Assembly: GCA_038496445.1 (NCBI GenBank)
Contig: JALMLS010000377.1
Location: 261,926 to 325,925 of the forward strand
Source: Trichosphaerium sp. ATCC 40318
Lineage: Eukaryota > Protista > Tubulinea
Length of the DNA stretch: 64,000 bases
Direction: 5' to 3'
In this document: positions 1 through 12,680 of the stretch, piece after piece
Layout of the letters: every line of letters starts with the position of its first letter
How positions within the stretch are numbered: the first letter of the stretch is position 1
Program-made: the position numbers and the translations under genes
Notes under the pieces: generated by a model
Databases searched by the model: none
What the model saw: only the letters and a program-made list of their open reading frames with translations
What the model was told of the DNA's origin: nothing

Positions 1-751
1 GTTACACTCCATTAGTACTTGAAATAGTGCTAAAACTCAAAACATACATGAATCGTAAGTGAACCCAAAGCTGAAAGGTACCACCACTGCGTCTCTAAAT
101 TCGATTGGTTCTGATATCTCGAACTCCTTTACAATGTGTTAAAAATATTGAGAATCACATGATTCTTCAACTTGAAGACTTTAAAACCAGAAACAAATGT
201 TAAACTTACTCCTGCTCCATTAGCACTTATAAACCTCATACGGCAAGGTAATGGGCTAAATCCACGTCGTAGTGATCTTGTATTATCACAAGAAACAAAA
301 GAAAACTCATTATTTCCATAAACAACACCATATGCTCTCTCGATACCGAACAAGCGAACAACATCCGCTGTTTTAGACGAGATGCCTATTACGTTGTTAG
401 CAATCCAATAGTGATCTAAAAAGTACTCTGTTGTGTTCCCACTACCACCAATATGCCACTAGGTCCAACTTTTAGTTGGTTAGCGACAAAGGTTTTGTTT
501 TCAATTGCCGACACAATACATATTGTAGGTCCATGGCCAGCGATATCACCAGTGGCTACAAAAGGATTATCAAGTTGTTCAGTGGCACCAAGCTTTTCTG
601 CGACATCATTAAACCCCTGAATATCATCCCACTTGTTGGCACCCATAGCGACATGAGCTAGCCGTGTGTTAAACAAGCACAGACGGTTTATAAGGTATGT
701 ACCAGTGAGCACAATGGAAACCAATATAAAAATGAGCTTGAACGACAACAT
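1..751 (-). CDS. Hypothetical secreted protein, multi-exon, runs off the left edge
   Basis: ATG at 751 with hydrophobic N-terminus MLSFKLIFILVSIVLTG. A GT..CTAAC..AG intron near 386-426 joins ORFs 416-751 and 129-353 in frame (QSISSKTADVVRLFGIERAY). No family recognised. Confidence 0.55.
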
Positions 752-1666
752 ACTTGTACCAACAAAACCAATAAAATGAAGGAGGATTTAGGATACTGTG
801 TTATCAAATTTATTGACTCTGCGTTAATTGTTGTTAAATGTAATCACTGAATAATTAGTTGGGTAATTCAAGAAACACTTGACACTTTATCTTAATGTGC
901 ACTGCATTGCAACTTGCAAAAATATTTATGACTTTATTCGTTGCTGTGGTTGGTTGTAGAGTTATTGATCACGGTTTGTGTTTATCACGTGCACGTGCTT
1001 GTGAAACGTTATTTTATATATACAACATGATACATTTGCTAGATATTAGTACGCTGCTAGCCCAGATTAACCAAATGGGAGTTTTCTAATCGCTAGAAAT
1101 GTCTGAATATTTCGGAATAAAAAATTGTCCTCTGTGAACGTCGTGATGTAGCGCACTATCCTTAAACATGGCTCACCTCTGAAAATAAATAGATGACCTA
1201 TTAACCTTTGCAAACTTGAACCCTATGTATGTACTTACCAATTCAGCCTATTCAAATATACGAGCCGGCGTGTTTTAGAATAATCATGTTTGTTTCTTTA
1301 TAAAATATGGAACGTTGAGACCTCAAAAAACCTCTTTGAGCAATCCGTCAAAGTGATTCTTTTCCAAGACACATCCAATTTCTAAAACCAGCTCGCTGTA
1401 GGTACTATACTAATGTGCTGTGAGCTAAATTGTCAAAAACAAAATCAATGGATCTTAATTGTTCTTCAGGTGAAACTTGAGTTGTGAGCTATGGGCATCA
1501 AGCATTCATTACAAAAGCAACAGTCCAAATAAACATATTCTAGTTTTTCATCAAATCCGATGTCAAGTGCTCGACAGTTTACCAATTGGATCAGGAAGTC
1601 AGATTTCGTCAAATCGCGAGATCAAGCTTGATCTCTCGGAATGCTTGTTTTTAATACATTGCGATA

Positions 1667-3570
1667 ATGCAGAGCGTTTCGAGACGCAGACTGTTGTATA
1701 TTTGTGTTTTTATAGCACTCAGCAATTTCTTGGCTGTATGTTATTGGCAGAAGCAAAATATAGCGTACTACGCTAACGGAATATCACTCTATGCGTATAC
1801 ACCCCCAGGCTCGTAAATACATTTAAACCAACACATTTACAGCCCAAATGACTGTATTTTAGCGGTAATACAAGCTAAAAACGGCATCAAATTCTTACAT
1901 TACTGTAATCGAAACTATGAGGTGGTTTCGCCTGCGAAGGAGTTCAAATACACTCTAAGCTTAAATCCGCCATGTGTAGACCCGAAAAGTTCAAGCGACG
2001 CCTTTTGGAGCGCATACAAGTCAGTTTAGTAGTAAACCATTGTCTAAATAACTCCTAGAGCGGCTGAAGCAGTACAACAAGCTAATGACTGTAGAAATTC
2101 TGATTCTAAGTACATTTTATTCTTCCCTGATGCATAGTACGTCCAGAGCTTGACATATGAGATTTGCATTACGCTTAAATAAAGTCTGACATGTTCAAGT
2201 CGGTATTCGACTTTGTAAAGTTTGCACATACTCAGTGGTTACTTTAGTATGTGCGGTTTTGGTTGTGCAAGTACTTCATTAATTCGCGCACTTGATGTAT
2301 CAATGAGACTGAACTATACACTTGTATTAGCTCCTTCAGAACGTATTTGGGCGGTATGTCTTCTATTTCGGATTGTCAGTGTTTGTTTTTAAACGATTTC
2401 TAATTGTGTTAGTATTACTCGAAAACTACTTGTCCTACGCGTGAAGTATCATGCTACTTTGAAAGTATAGTGAACACTACAGAATGTAGATGGCAGTCTT
2501 TATTCAATGCAACTTCGATGAAACCTTATGAGAATATATTTGAGACTACAATTGATATGGACAGAATGAAGTTTGAAGGACTTGAAAAAATGAAGAAGCA
2601 TAATCACTTTTTACTTTCAAATACATGGGTAAGATTAAATATCACGTGATTTTTGCTTTGAATTAAAAAAATGTCTTGTTTCTCATGAAGTATAGCGAGG
2701 CCTACCCGATATACATGATGATTTTAAAGCCAGCTTAAATAGGCTAAGGTAAGTAGAAGAAAAATAAGAGTGACGAATTGACTTGTTTCATTCAGGTATC
2801 AAAGCGCATTATTGCACTACTTGCTTCGTCCCACAGCTGACATAAAATCCCGTATTGATAAAGCAAAGGATAATATAAATTTTGACACGTTACATCCTAT
2901 TATAGGCATGTTTATAAGAAGAGGAGATTCTATAAAAGATAAACGAAAACAAGTTCCCCTATCTGGTATTGTTTTTCAATAGCTCTGTTTTGGTTTAAGG
3001 TTAACCTTTTGTTTTAGATTTTATGCGGGCTGCTGAGCATTTGAGGCGTATTCATGGTGTTACCAATATATACTTGTTAACTGTACGTGTCAAAGAAGAA
3101 CAAAATCGAGAAGGTTTCTGACTTTTTTGATACTAGCGTTCGATGGAGGTTTGGAATCAAACAAAGGATTACCCTGACTGGAACTTTTATGGTCATACAG
3201 AGTATATGCATAAAGACGGTTGGCATTATGGCGAATCATATAAAGCTCATGAAAACGATAAGGATGTAGAGAAAGACATCTATGGGACATTCGTTCCTTT
3301 GTTTATTTTTAGAGAATGTGATATGTTTGTTGGTACTCTTCTTTCTAATTTTGGGAGTATTGGATTCAAGCTTATGGTACGATCTTAGTTGAACCTTTTT
3401 CCAAACAGAATACCATTACTTTCTGATGATCAATGTTTACATAGGTTGGGCATAAGGAGGGTATAATACCACCGCATGTATCACTTGTAGAAGATGTAAG
3501 GTATTAAACAAAAAAAAAAAAGATGAATTTCACGTAGACTTTGCTTATTCCATCTGAACCTGAATTGTAA
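1667..3570 (+). CDS. Alpha-1,6-fucosyltransferase-like (GT23/FUT8 family) type II membrane protein
   Basis: Manual splicing gives an N-terminal TM (RRRLLYICVFIALSNFLAVCYW), MCGFGCASTSLIRAL, HYLLRP, HPIIGMFIRRGD and IFRECDMFVGTLLSNFG, matching the FUT8 motifs CGYGC, HVRRTD and DFLVCTFSS. Stop TAA at 3568-3570. Confidence 0.75.
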
Positions 3571-4073
3571 AATAAATTCTACTAAAATCGTTAGTACGAT
3601 AAACGAAGTGTTGTAGAAGATCCTTTATGAATTGTAATAACGCGTGATAAGTGAGTACAAGCTTAACCAGAAAATGTTGTAATGTACACTAAACGACACG
3701 CCATGACAAACTATGTACTGTTTTTATGCCATGTGATTTATTCTTATGAATGGGAAGGTTCATATAGTTTTGTCTTAGGAATGGGGATATTAAGTCTTAG
3801 GAGCTTGGCAGTTCTAAGTTGTTTTGAGATCTACTGTATTGTAATGTAATAAAATTGAATTTTTTTTGTATTTTTTACTTTTTGCTATGTTGTGTGGATC
3901 TATCTGCAATTCAATATTTGAGTATGAAATTCTTGTATAGACGTTTAAGTAACTTATATCCTTTAAGTAAATTGCTTCCACTAGCTCGTGTTTTTGAATA
4001 ATTTATAATTTTATTTAATAGTTGGATAACATTGAAAACTGTTTCTAGTATTCTTTGTTCTTAAAATTTTCTT

Positions 4074-6226
4074 CTAATTTTTGCCAAGCTCTTTCTCCCA
4101 ATCAAAGTGATTGTATGCTGTCTTTTGTGCTAGATTCCAAATTTCAATAAAACCAGCAGAACTGTTTTGATTAAATGAAGGATTCTTATCGAACGTAGCA
4201 AGATCCATATCAAATAGAGAGTGAGGCGACTCAACTGCAACAATAGTAGCAGATCCCTTGTAAAGCTTTACAGTAACAACACCTACAAAACTAAGCAACA
4301 GCAACAAGTAAAACAAGAAGAAACGTCAAAAACCGCCTCTGTGGTAGAAAAAACAAAAAAAAATTTAAAACCCCCTAATGTTGCGTACCGCTGACTTTTT
4401 TGTTTTGGCTGTTCGTGTACGCGTGGATGTGGTACATGACCGGATCGTACCTATAGTAATAAATCAGCTTACTAGTAATGTAGAAATGAAGCGTGTAATT
4501 CACGTGACAATCACGTGACATACCATTTTGCTCCATATGTTAGGTAAGCCCATTTTGTATCCATGAATCGTTTCAACTCATTTTCTTCTCGTGTTGATAC
4601 CAACATTTCTAATTTTTTATGGGCTGAAACCAATATGGTAGCAGCTGGATTCTCATAGATTCCTCGTACTTTCAAACCAACAATACGATCTTCAATCAAG
4701 TGGAATACGCCTAACGAAAAAAAAAGTAAATAACCACTCGTCATAGTTCATGTCTTTCAAGGAAGCTATAGTATACATACCAACAGCGTTCCTGCCACCA
4801 ACTGTGTTGGCTTCTTTGATAAGTTCGCTGAGCTTCATTGCTTTACCATTCAATTTTGTAGGGACACCTGATACGTGTGTTAACAAAAAATCCAAAAACA
4901 AAAAAAAAACATCAAAAAAAGAAATCGACTTGATTGGTTTGTACCTCGCTCGAACTCAACTTTAACAAGCTCTGGTTTATCAGGAGCCTATAGATGTAAT
5001 GTAAGTTATACTATACAACGATGTAAGAAAATATACGCACCTGCTCAGGTGTAACACACCACTGAAGAATTTTCTCAAGAGGTGGAATCAATTTTGGATC
5101 TTCAATTTCACCACCCTCACCAGTGTTACCCCACATATTCTCATCGTATGAGTATGGTGTATCTTTCTTTTGTTTCACTGGAATACCATGCTTCTTAGCA
5201 TATTCAAGCTCCTCATCACGACCCATACCCCATTCCCTATGAACAAGGTAAGAACAAGGAATTTTTCGAAAAAAACGAAAAAGAATGCCTGCACTCCAAC
5301 AGAAAGAAAAAAAAAAAAAAGACGCTAGTTCCAGACTATGTAATACATAGGGAACACGTTCAAGCGATTTACCCACAGTTGGGGTTATTGAATTTTTTTT
5401 TTCCTTTGTGTGTTCTTAAAAAGACAATTTGAAGTGGTAACGTAAGAAATACCAACCGCTTGGGCTTGGTTTTAGTGTTTACTTACCTTACTGGAGCGAT
5501 GACTTTGAGTTTAGGATTCAAAGTTGTAATGTAACTTTCAAATCGGACTTGATCGTTACCCTTTCCTGTACATCCATGGGCGATTACCTACACGATGTGA
5601 GTTTGGGAACTGCTCCCGCTTTGAAGCTTGAAGTAACGCACCTCGCAACCATATTTCTCGGCTACTCGTACAGCGATTTTAGAGATAATTACGCGCGCTA
5701 ATGGTGTGCTAAGAGCGTAACCGCCTTGGTAATCAGCATTCGCTTTAATGGCTTCTGATAAGTATACATCTGCGAATTCGTCCCTGGCGTCGTGTACGAC
5801 AGCCTCTTTTGCTTTGAGCGTTATAGCCTATAAAAGTACGGTCAGGGTACAAAACGAACAAATGCTGTAATTCATTACCTTTTTCTTGATAGCTTCTAAA
5901 TCGTCTGCAGTTTGTCCAAGGTCAACAGTGAGAGCGTACACCTAAAAAATAAATAAGACCTTTAAAAAACAATCGCTAGAATAGGTATGCGCTGGTATTA
6001 TCGCTATGATAGCATCACTACGCTACGTACTTCGCAGTCGTATTCCTCTTGGATCCATCTGTTACAGTATTAGATGAATTGCCGCCAACCAAATAATGAT
6101 AGCGTACTTTAGCATAACAGAGGTATCTAAGCCTCCAGAATACAATAAGAGGCATTTTTTAAATGTTCCCTTTTTAGCTTCGTGTGAGGCTACTTTGATG
6201 TATGCGTTAGGTTTAGTTACTTCCAT
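4074..6226 (-). CDS. argG: Argininosuccinate synthase, bacterial-type sequence with multiple introns
   Basis: Spliced motifs [57 protein letters not shown] and KLYKG. Confidence 0.95.
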
Positions 6227-7096
6227 TGTATTGTATTCTTTCGTTTTTTTGGGTGTGACAAGCCCTGAATAGGTGAAAGTGACTTAAAGCAATGTTCATT
6301 TTTTCTTGTATTTTTTGTAGAAACGAAACTCAATAAACTCAAACAACAATGTAATGTGACGTTACTTTATATATGTGAGAACAGCATGGAGGTGCGAATG
6401 CAAAGTTTGGATAAAGGTGGTGAGCATTCTGACAACTTTTCATTGTGTGGAAAAAATCTGACGCTTCCTTCGATCTGGCGGTGACGTGAATGCAAAAATG
6501 GCGCCGGTTTGCGAAAAGCTTTCACCCGCGGAACATTGCCCAATTTTGGCCAGTGAGAAACGCTATCCACAGTCTGTAGCCTGTGTACCAAACGAGCAAT
6601 ACGACTGTAGTACGCCCTTATCTACGTGGTTCACATTTTCAATGGAGTTGACCTGCAATAACACTATTTTTTTCTGGTTTAGCTAATTTTTAACACGCAA
6701 CTTCCGGTTAGCAAGCACGTGATTTATTGCCATGTACGATCGATAAGTAATTGCTGTTTGTTGAACAGTAGTTAATTCTTAAACAGCTCTGTTGTCTTGC
6801 TATCAAAACAGACAAAAAATATCTGTCGAACAATGGCATAAGATAAGAACGTTTGAGATCAGTACAGACAAAAAAGACACAAAACTCTAGCGGGTAGGCT
6901 ATGCTACGACCAAAATTTGTACCGTTTCTTTCCCACCACTAAACCTGCACTCGTTGGAAGTAATGCATTTAAACTGGTACCTTGGTTTCAGAGTTCGGGA
7001 TAGTTATTTGACCGAAAAAAAAAAATTTGCTCACAAATAGTATTTTTCCTACCAAATTCCGGACTTTTTAGGTATTTCTCGTCCCGGTATAATCAA

Positions 7097-8611
7097 ATGA
7101 CACAACCGACATTAAACACAAGTATCTGGTTTGATAAACTGTCTGATGGTACGGTCGCATCCATCGCAGATGTATTTAGCCAAGAGTTTGCTATTGCCCA
7201 ACCAACATATTGTACGCTCTCACAACCTTTCAATATGCAATGTGCAACATATGCAGCACAGTATGTCCGTCAAAGATTTCCAGAACTCAATAGAACTGAA
7301 TTTGTTTGTCTATACAAGACATGCCACTTTGATAGAGTAATGCAACCTGAAGCAAAGGCTGTACGTATTACAAACTTTCAACCAATCTCACATCAATAGG
7401 CTAAAGCTATCCGTCTGGAACACTATGAACATAAAACAGAGGAAGATCTTCAAAAAGCTGTAGATGCAGATGTCTTGGAGGTCATTAATTGTCACCCAAC
7501 AGAACTTGGACTTCTGCAATGGAAGGTAAGATTCCACAATCGACTTCAAGATAGCTTTTAGCCTAATGTACTCAACCGTGTTTAGATATCATTCCATACT
7601 ACTTCAAAAGGCGATAGTACTTCTCTATGCATGGTGTTGTCATCTAGCCACAATCACGTTGATGGTGTATCTATTCAAAGACTCACAGGACACTTTCTTT
7701 CTGCATATGCAAAATCACTCGAATCTCCAAACACTCCACTTCCAAAACCAGACAGATTACCTCTATACTCGTACTTACCTCAAGAACACATCAATATATC
7801 TTCTTGGCAATGTGCTCTTAATTCTACATTAAGTGGGTTAGCAGTAAGAGCGATAAAACGCAAACAACCAAAGTGTCATTGGTACAAGAAAGATGCTTCA
7901 AAGAAAGAAGTCAGATATCACATTTTAAAACAAACGGTATCAGCCCAAAATGTTAAAGAGCTATTGAACAAATGCCGGGGCAGGAAACTTACTATAGGCG
8001 CTGCAATACACGCTTGCTTATTCTACAATACGGCTAAATCATACTTTGCAAGCGAAGGATCTTCAAACAAATGGTCACTTAACATTGGTCTAAGTAAGAA
8101 CATGAGACCTTACCTGAACCCTCCTCTCCCTCCTACAGTGATTGCTCCACAACAAGGTTCCGTAGAAGTATGTTTCGCTTCAGAAAGAAGAGACATTGAA
8201 TCCCTGAAAGGAGTAGAAAAAAGTGAGAAAATTTGGCAATGGGCTTCACTTTCCAGAAAAACCGTTCTAGATTCTAATTCCAGTAATGCAATATCGGGTG
8301 ATTTAATACTTGCTTATATTATCCGAAACCACCACAAACATATTGTGGATATAGAGTACCTTGGCGATCTATGGTTTTCAAATGTTGGTCTTTTTACACC
8401 GCCTCCTGAATTGTCTGCTGCAGGTATAAGAATTGAATCGACATACACTGCAATGGTTCCATTCAAGCCAGCTTATGATATTGTGTGGAGTAATACAGTT
8501 AAGGGGAGTGACATGGTATTGTCAATGGCTGTTGATACAGAAGTAAGAAACTTAGAAGATGCACAAGTATTCCTTAAAGATGTTGTGAAAACAATTACTG
8601 CACTAGAGTAA
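7097..8611 (+). CDS. CoA-dependent acyltransferase (alcohol acetyltransferase / condensation-domain-like)
   Basis: HxxxDG catalytic motif (HNHVDG), LLNKCRGRKLTIGAAIHA and C-terminal WFSNVG. Two short introns near 7361-7399 and 7526-7585. Start uncertain. Confidence 0.7.
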
Positions 8612-8889
8612 TACAAGTAAATTAAATAATGAAATAGTAAAATGAACTTTAGTGTCAAACATATTTCGATATCACGAAGCTGACACTTGCTACCTGCATG
8701 TTGCCTAGTTTTATTAAAACATGTGGCTAACGTTTTCTTTAATTTTTTATTTTCTCTTTTTATGCTCTAAAGAAGAAGCACGTGGTTTGATATTTTGGGA
8801 AGACAAAATTGAAAAAGAGTACAATTACAAGAGTTCAGTCTATTGCAGTGAAATTGAGTATTAATTAATTTGGAAGGAGTTGTTTACTT

Positions 8890-10528
8890 TCAATTTTTCT
8901 TCTTTTTCCTTGACATCTTTATTCTATTTGCAGCCCAACTTTCAAAAAAGAAAACCTCATAAAAGTTATCTTTAATGCCTCTATTATAGATGTTTACTAT
9001 CTTCTCTACTGGTCCAATAGAGTCTAAACGCTTGTATATAAGTGATATCCATTTATACGATAAGTAATCCTGTTCATCTTCATCAAGAGGTTCCTTAAAA
9101 GTAAGGAGTTGTGGAATAATATCGGTCTTCAAATCATTCCATTTAAATGTCTCGTATGTTGTTACACCATACCAAATCAAAGATACATGGAATAACGCGA
9201 ACGCGAATAGGACAACAGATACAATAGATGTGAATAAAGCAAGCGCAAAAACCCCACTAAAGTTCACAAGTAAGACCTAAATAAGACATCAATAATAATT
9301 CCGTTGTTTAGTTTTTGAAATGGTTCTGAGGTCGTACTTGTAGTAATTGTAAAAGTGACATTGTCACAAGTTCGCCCTAAATATATTTAGCAAAAAACAA
9401 TACTGAACAGGGCACAAGTATACAGTACACGTGGTAAAAATTCACGTGATGAAGAGGGGTAAAAAAAAAAGCAAGTAAAAATTTTTGGTTAATAAACGTA
9501 CAGCTTTGTTTGTGTAAGTGAGATCCCACAATCCATGACGTTCGATAACGCCCATAAGTACAGCAATACCAACATAACCACAGTATAAACATAATGCAGC
9601 TGTACTAAACAAGAACAGCAAGAAACTATACAAGTTACGTGCACCAACAGTAGTGTTTACCCAAGGGCAAAAATGATCAAATCTAGCAACGTATTTCTTA
9701 CTAATACCACAATATTTTGCGCGAGGCAACCTTTCAGAAAAAAACACGTGTTAGCAATCACGTGGTTTACCAAAAAAGGAAACAAATTGAGAAAAGTTTT
9801 GTCGTACCTTTTCAGGCCTGTTCTGGATTCTACACGGCCAGGAAAGTATAGTAAATGGTCGTAATCATAAAGTTTGGCGTAATAACCAAAGTTTTGCTTT
9901 GTTATCTCCCCAGGGTCGGAAATCGTTACGTAGTAATGCCACAGTAATACACCACCTACAAAGAAGTGTGGTATGTACCTATAGTGGTGATTAACGCTTT
10001 GTGAAGCCTTCAAAACGAAAAACAAAAACAATCAGAAAAAAAAAAGTGTAGCGTACAAATTGATTGCGGGAAGATAAGGTCCAGGTATGTGTGGCCAGCA
10101 TTTTAGCATAAATATTATGTAACCACCAATAATAAGCGAGTAATAAAATATCTATGGTTTTTTAGCTGTTAACGCTTGTTAAAAGTATGTTGTGGCGTAC
10201 CATCATGAAGGGGTTACGCTCTGTGCAAACGTATTCGCATATTGATGTGCATTTTGTATGACACGTCTTACCGCATACTGCCAACGTTAAATCGCTAGTT
10301 TTCGCGTAAGGTTAACGGTAAATGGATTTATTTAACGTTACCTGAGCCAAATCCATAGTTTTTTAGTTATTATGTTGTGTAACCATCCTAGGATAACGTT
10401 AAAACCATAGAAACTGGTAATGAGTGCTAACCAATTGGACCGTTTTTGTGCGACTTTGTTTCTCCAAATATTAACGTATAGATCAATAGAACGACGCAAG
10501 TTATATAAATTATCGTCGGGATAAGCAT
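8890..10528 (-). CDS. DHHC palmitoyltransferase (Swf1/ZDHHC4-like)
   Basis: PRAKYC..VARFDHFCPWVNTTVGARN (DHFC variant of DHHC), SDPGEIT, TTYE motif, NIYNRG and several TM helices. N-terminus MLIPTIIYITCVVLLIYTLIFG. Confidence 0.9.
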
Positions 10529-10692
10529 CCTTTATCAAGTGATTGAGCTAGGATAATTCTAAGAGGCATTACTTATTCGTTCTCAATCAAGACTTAAACA
10601 ACTGTTAGAATGCAGCTACATTTTCAGGTTTTTAAAGGGCATTGCAAGGACTCAATTAGTTGCAACTGCAATACAAATCTTTATTCATTTTG

Positions 10693-12120
10693 TCACAAAC
10701 CATGCGGCTTATGGGTGGCAACAGTCACGAGTAGGAGCCAGACAATAGTGAAGACAATCACGCAAAATACTAGTGGAGTTGGTATTACTTTATCATTCTT
10801 TTTTATCCGACAAACAAAGTATCGAGTTCCATCCCAACAGTCTTGATGAGTAATCCACACCTTGCCATACAGAAAAGTTCGTTCTAAATGATTTTCTTTA
10901 GTACATTCTTCAAAAGGAATAGCACGTGTATATTCGTCGCCTTTTCTAGGACATAATGAATAGTATTTTTGAAAAATCTTAAAGGCAACCTCCTTGTTAC
11001 CTAATATGTTGTTCAGTCCTTGATGTCTAAAAAAAGTAATTATGTACCTACTAACCTCTCTAAGACTTCATCATATCCGTCTTCATATCGTTTATATATT
11101 TGTACTGGAGGAACGTATACTGGTTCCTGAACAAAAGTTCTTGGTGGGTAGTTTTTACCGAGGATGGGAAAGCTGATTTAATAAGTCGTTTAAGTCTTTT
11201 TATATCTTTAGAGTTGTAACGTTTCATGATGTTATTAAAAGGGTTCCCTATGTCTAAAACAAGTGGCCTGTATCACGTTAACTTTGACGTTTCTATCTGA
11301 CATTGTTGTACCTTTGTTGTGCTGTGGTACTATCAATGAAGTGTTGGTAGTTCGGTTCTTTGTTTAAAATGAAAACGAGTTCATCAGGATTAGACAGTTC
11401 TCTAAGCACATGACGTGCTAGTTGCTTTAGGTTTGTATCATTGTATTTTATTGCAACTCCAATGGAAAGCAATTCAATGAGGTATGACTTTGGATAACCG
11501 ATAATATGTCTCGCCACCCGTTGTGCTTTAATTGTTCTGATAAACTTTTGTGCTACATGCATGTCTTTCAGTATCTCCCTGACAGATGTGAAGAGTAGAA
11601 GGAGCGCCTCCTTTTCGATTTGTACTGAATTGTCTTCCAAACCTTAACCGCGAAAGGCAATACCTATTATTGTTAAAACGAGCGCCTTTTTTTTTTCGTG
11701 TTATCACGTGCCTGGAAGCGCCGCTGTCGGTAATAAATCAATTCTAACGTTTTCCCCGTTGCACTTTCCTTCAAGTATTACAGAGTACGGTGTTACTGCC
11801 GTAACTTCAACACTAACCTGGAATACGTGATGATACGTTGTATATCTTCATAACGTGTTTATTTATTTCGTCCTCTGAGAGATTTTCAGAGGGAAATTGA
11901 TGAAAGTACCTAGTAGGTGTTTAATAAAGAACAACCAAACCTGGTTTAGGTTCGTACAATACAAAATCATAATCTGATGTGGGTATATCTGTTTTCTTGC
12001 CTCTTGAGCCCGCCTTTGGTGGATTTAAAAACTATCAGACCTGTTGATTACTCTTACCTTGATTACAGTTGCTTTAAGCTCTTTCGCCAAGTAGAATACT
12101 ACAGATTGTACCAACGACAT
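10693..12120 (-). CDS. 2'-5' oligoadenylate synthetase (OAS)/CD-NTase-like nucleotidyltransferase with C-terminal TM helix
   Basis: Spliced exons read AGSRGKKTDIPTSDYDFVL, VRIDLLP, FIRTIK, YPKSYLIELLSI, RHVLRELSN and RPLVLDIGNPFNN, collinear with OAS motifs. C-terminus PLVFCVIVFTIVWLLLVTVAT, stop TGA at 10693-10695. The N-terminus may extend to about 12350, and one junction near 11800-11855 is ambiguous. Confidence 0.8.
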
Positions 12121-12680
12121 GTGTCTGCGTCTTAACACCTCTTTAAAAATATCTTGCGAAGAAATACTAAGCAAAACTTGTACACCAGGGGTCAATCCAT
12201 TGCATAGGCTTGCGATGAGCTAACATAGCTCTATCCACAAAATTGAACAATCTACCATTAATAAACGGTGTTCCCTACATGATTTAGGAGGATAGTTTTG
12301 AGCCTCATCGAGCCAATATCAACACTAAAACAATAGACAATGTGGTCATAAATTTCACTTTGCAACTTGCATCTAAGAAAGTGTGTGCTGTTCAGTGGTT
12401 TAATACACGAAATGACTCGTGTTTAAAAACTTATCAACTTGCGAAACATGTATTCTAAGAATAGCAAAGGATAACTGTGTAACACAGGACATGTGCTACC
12501 GCTAGAAACTTGCGTTTTTAGTGGAGTAGAGCACTCATAAGGTGTTTACGCATCGACTAGGGCCTACAGCAGATAGGGTGTTTAAGAAATGTGCACAACA
12601 CTTAGCCAATATATTACTTAAGTGCAAAAATTCAAACCAACGAGTTTGTTGACACGTTGGAACAATTCTTGGTACTGCTT

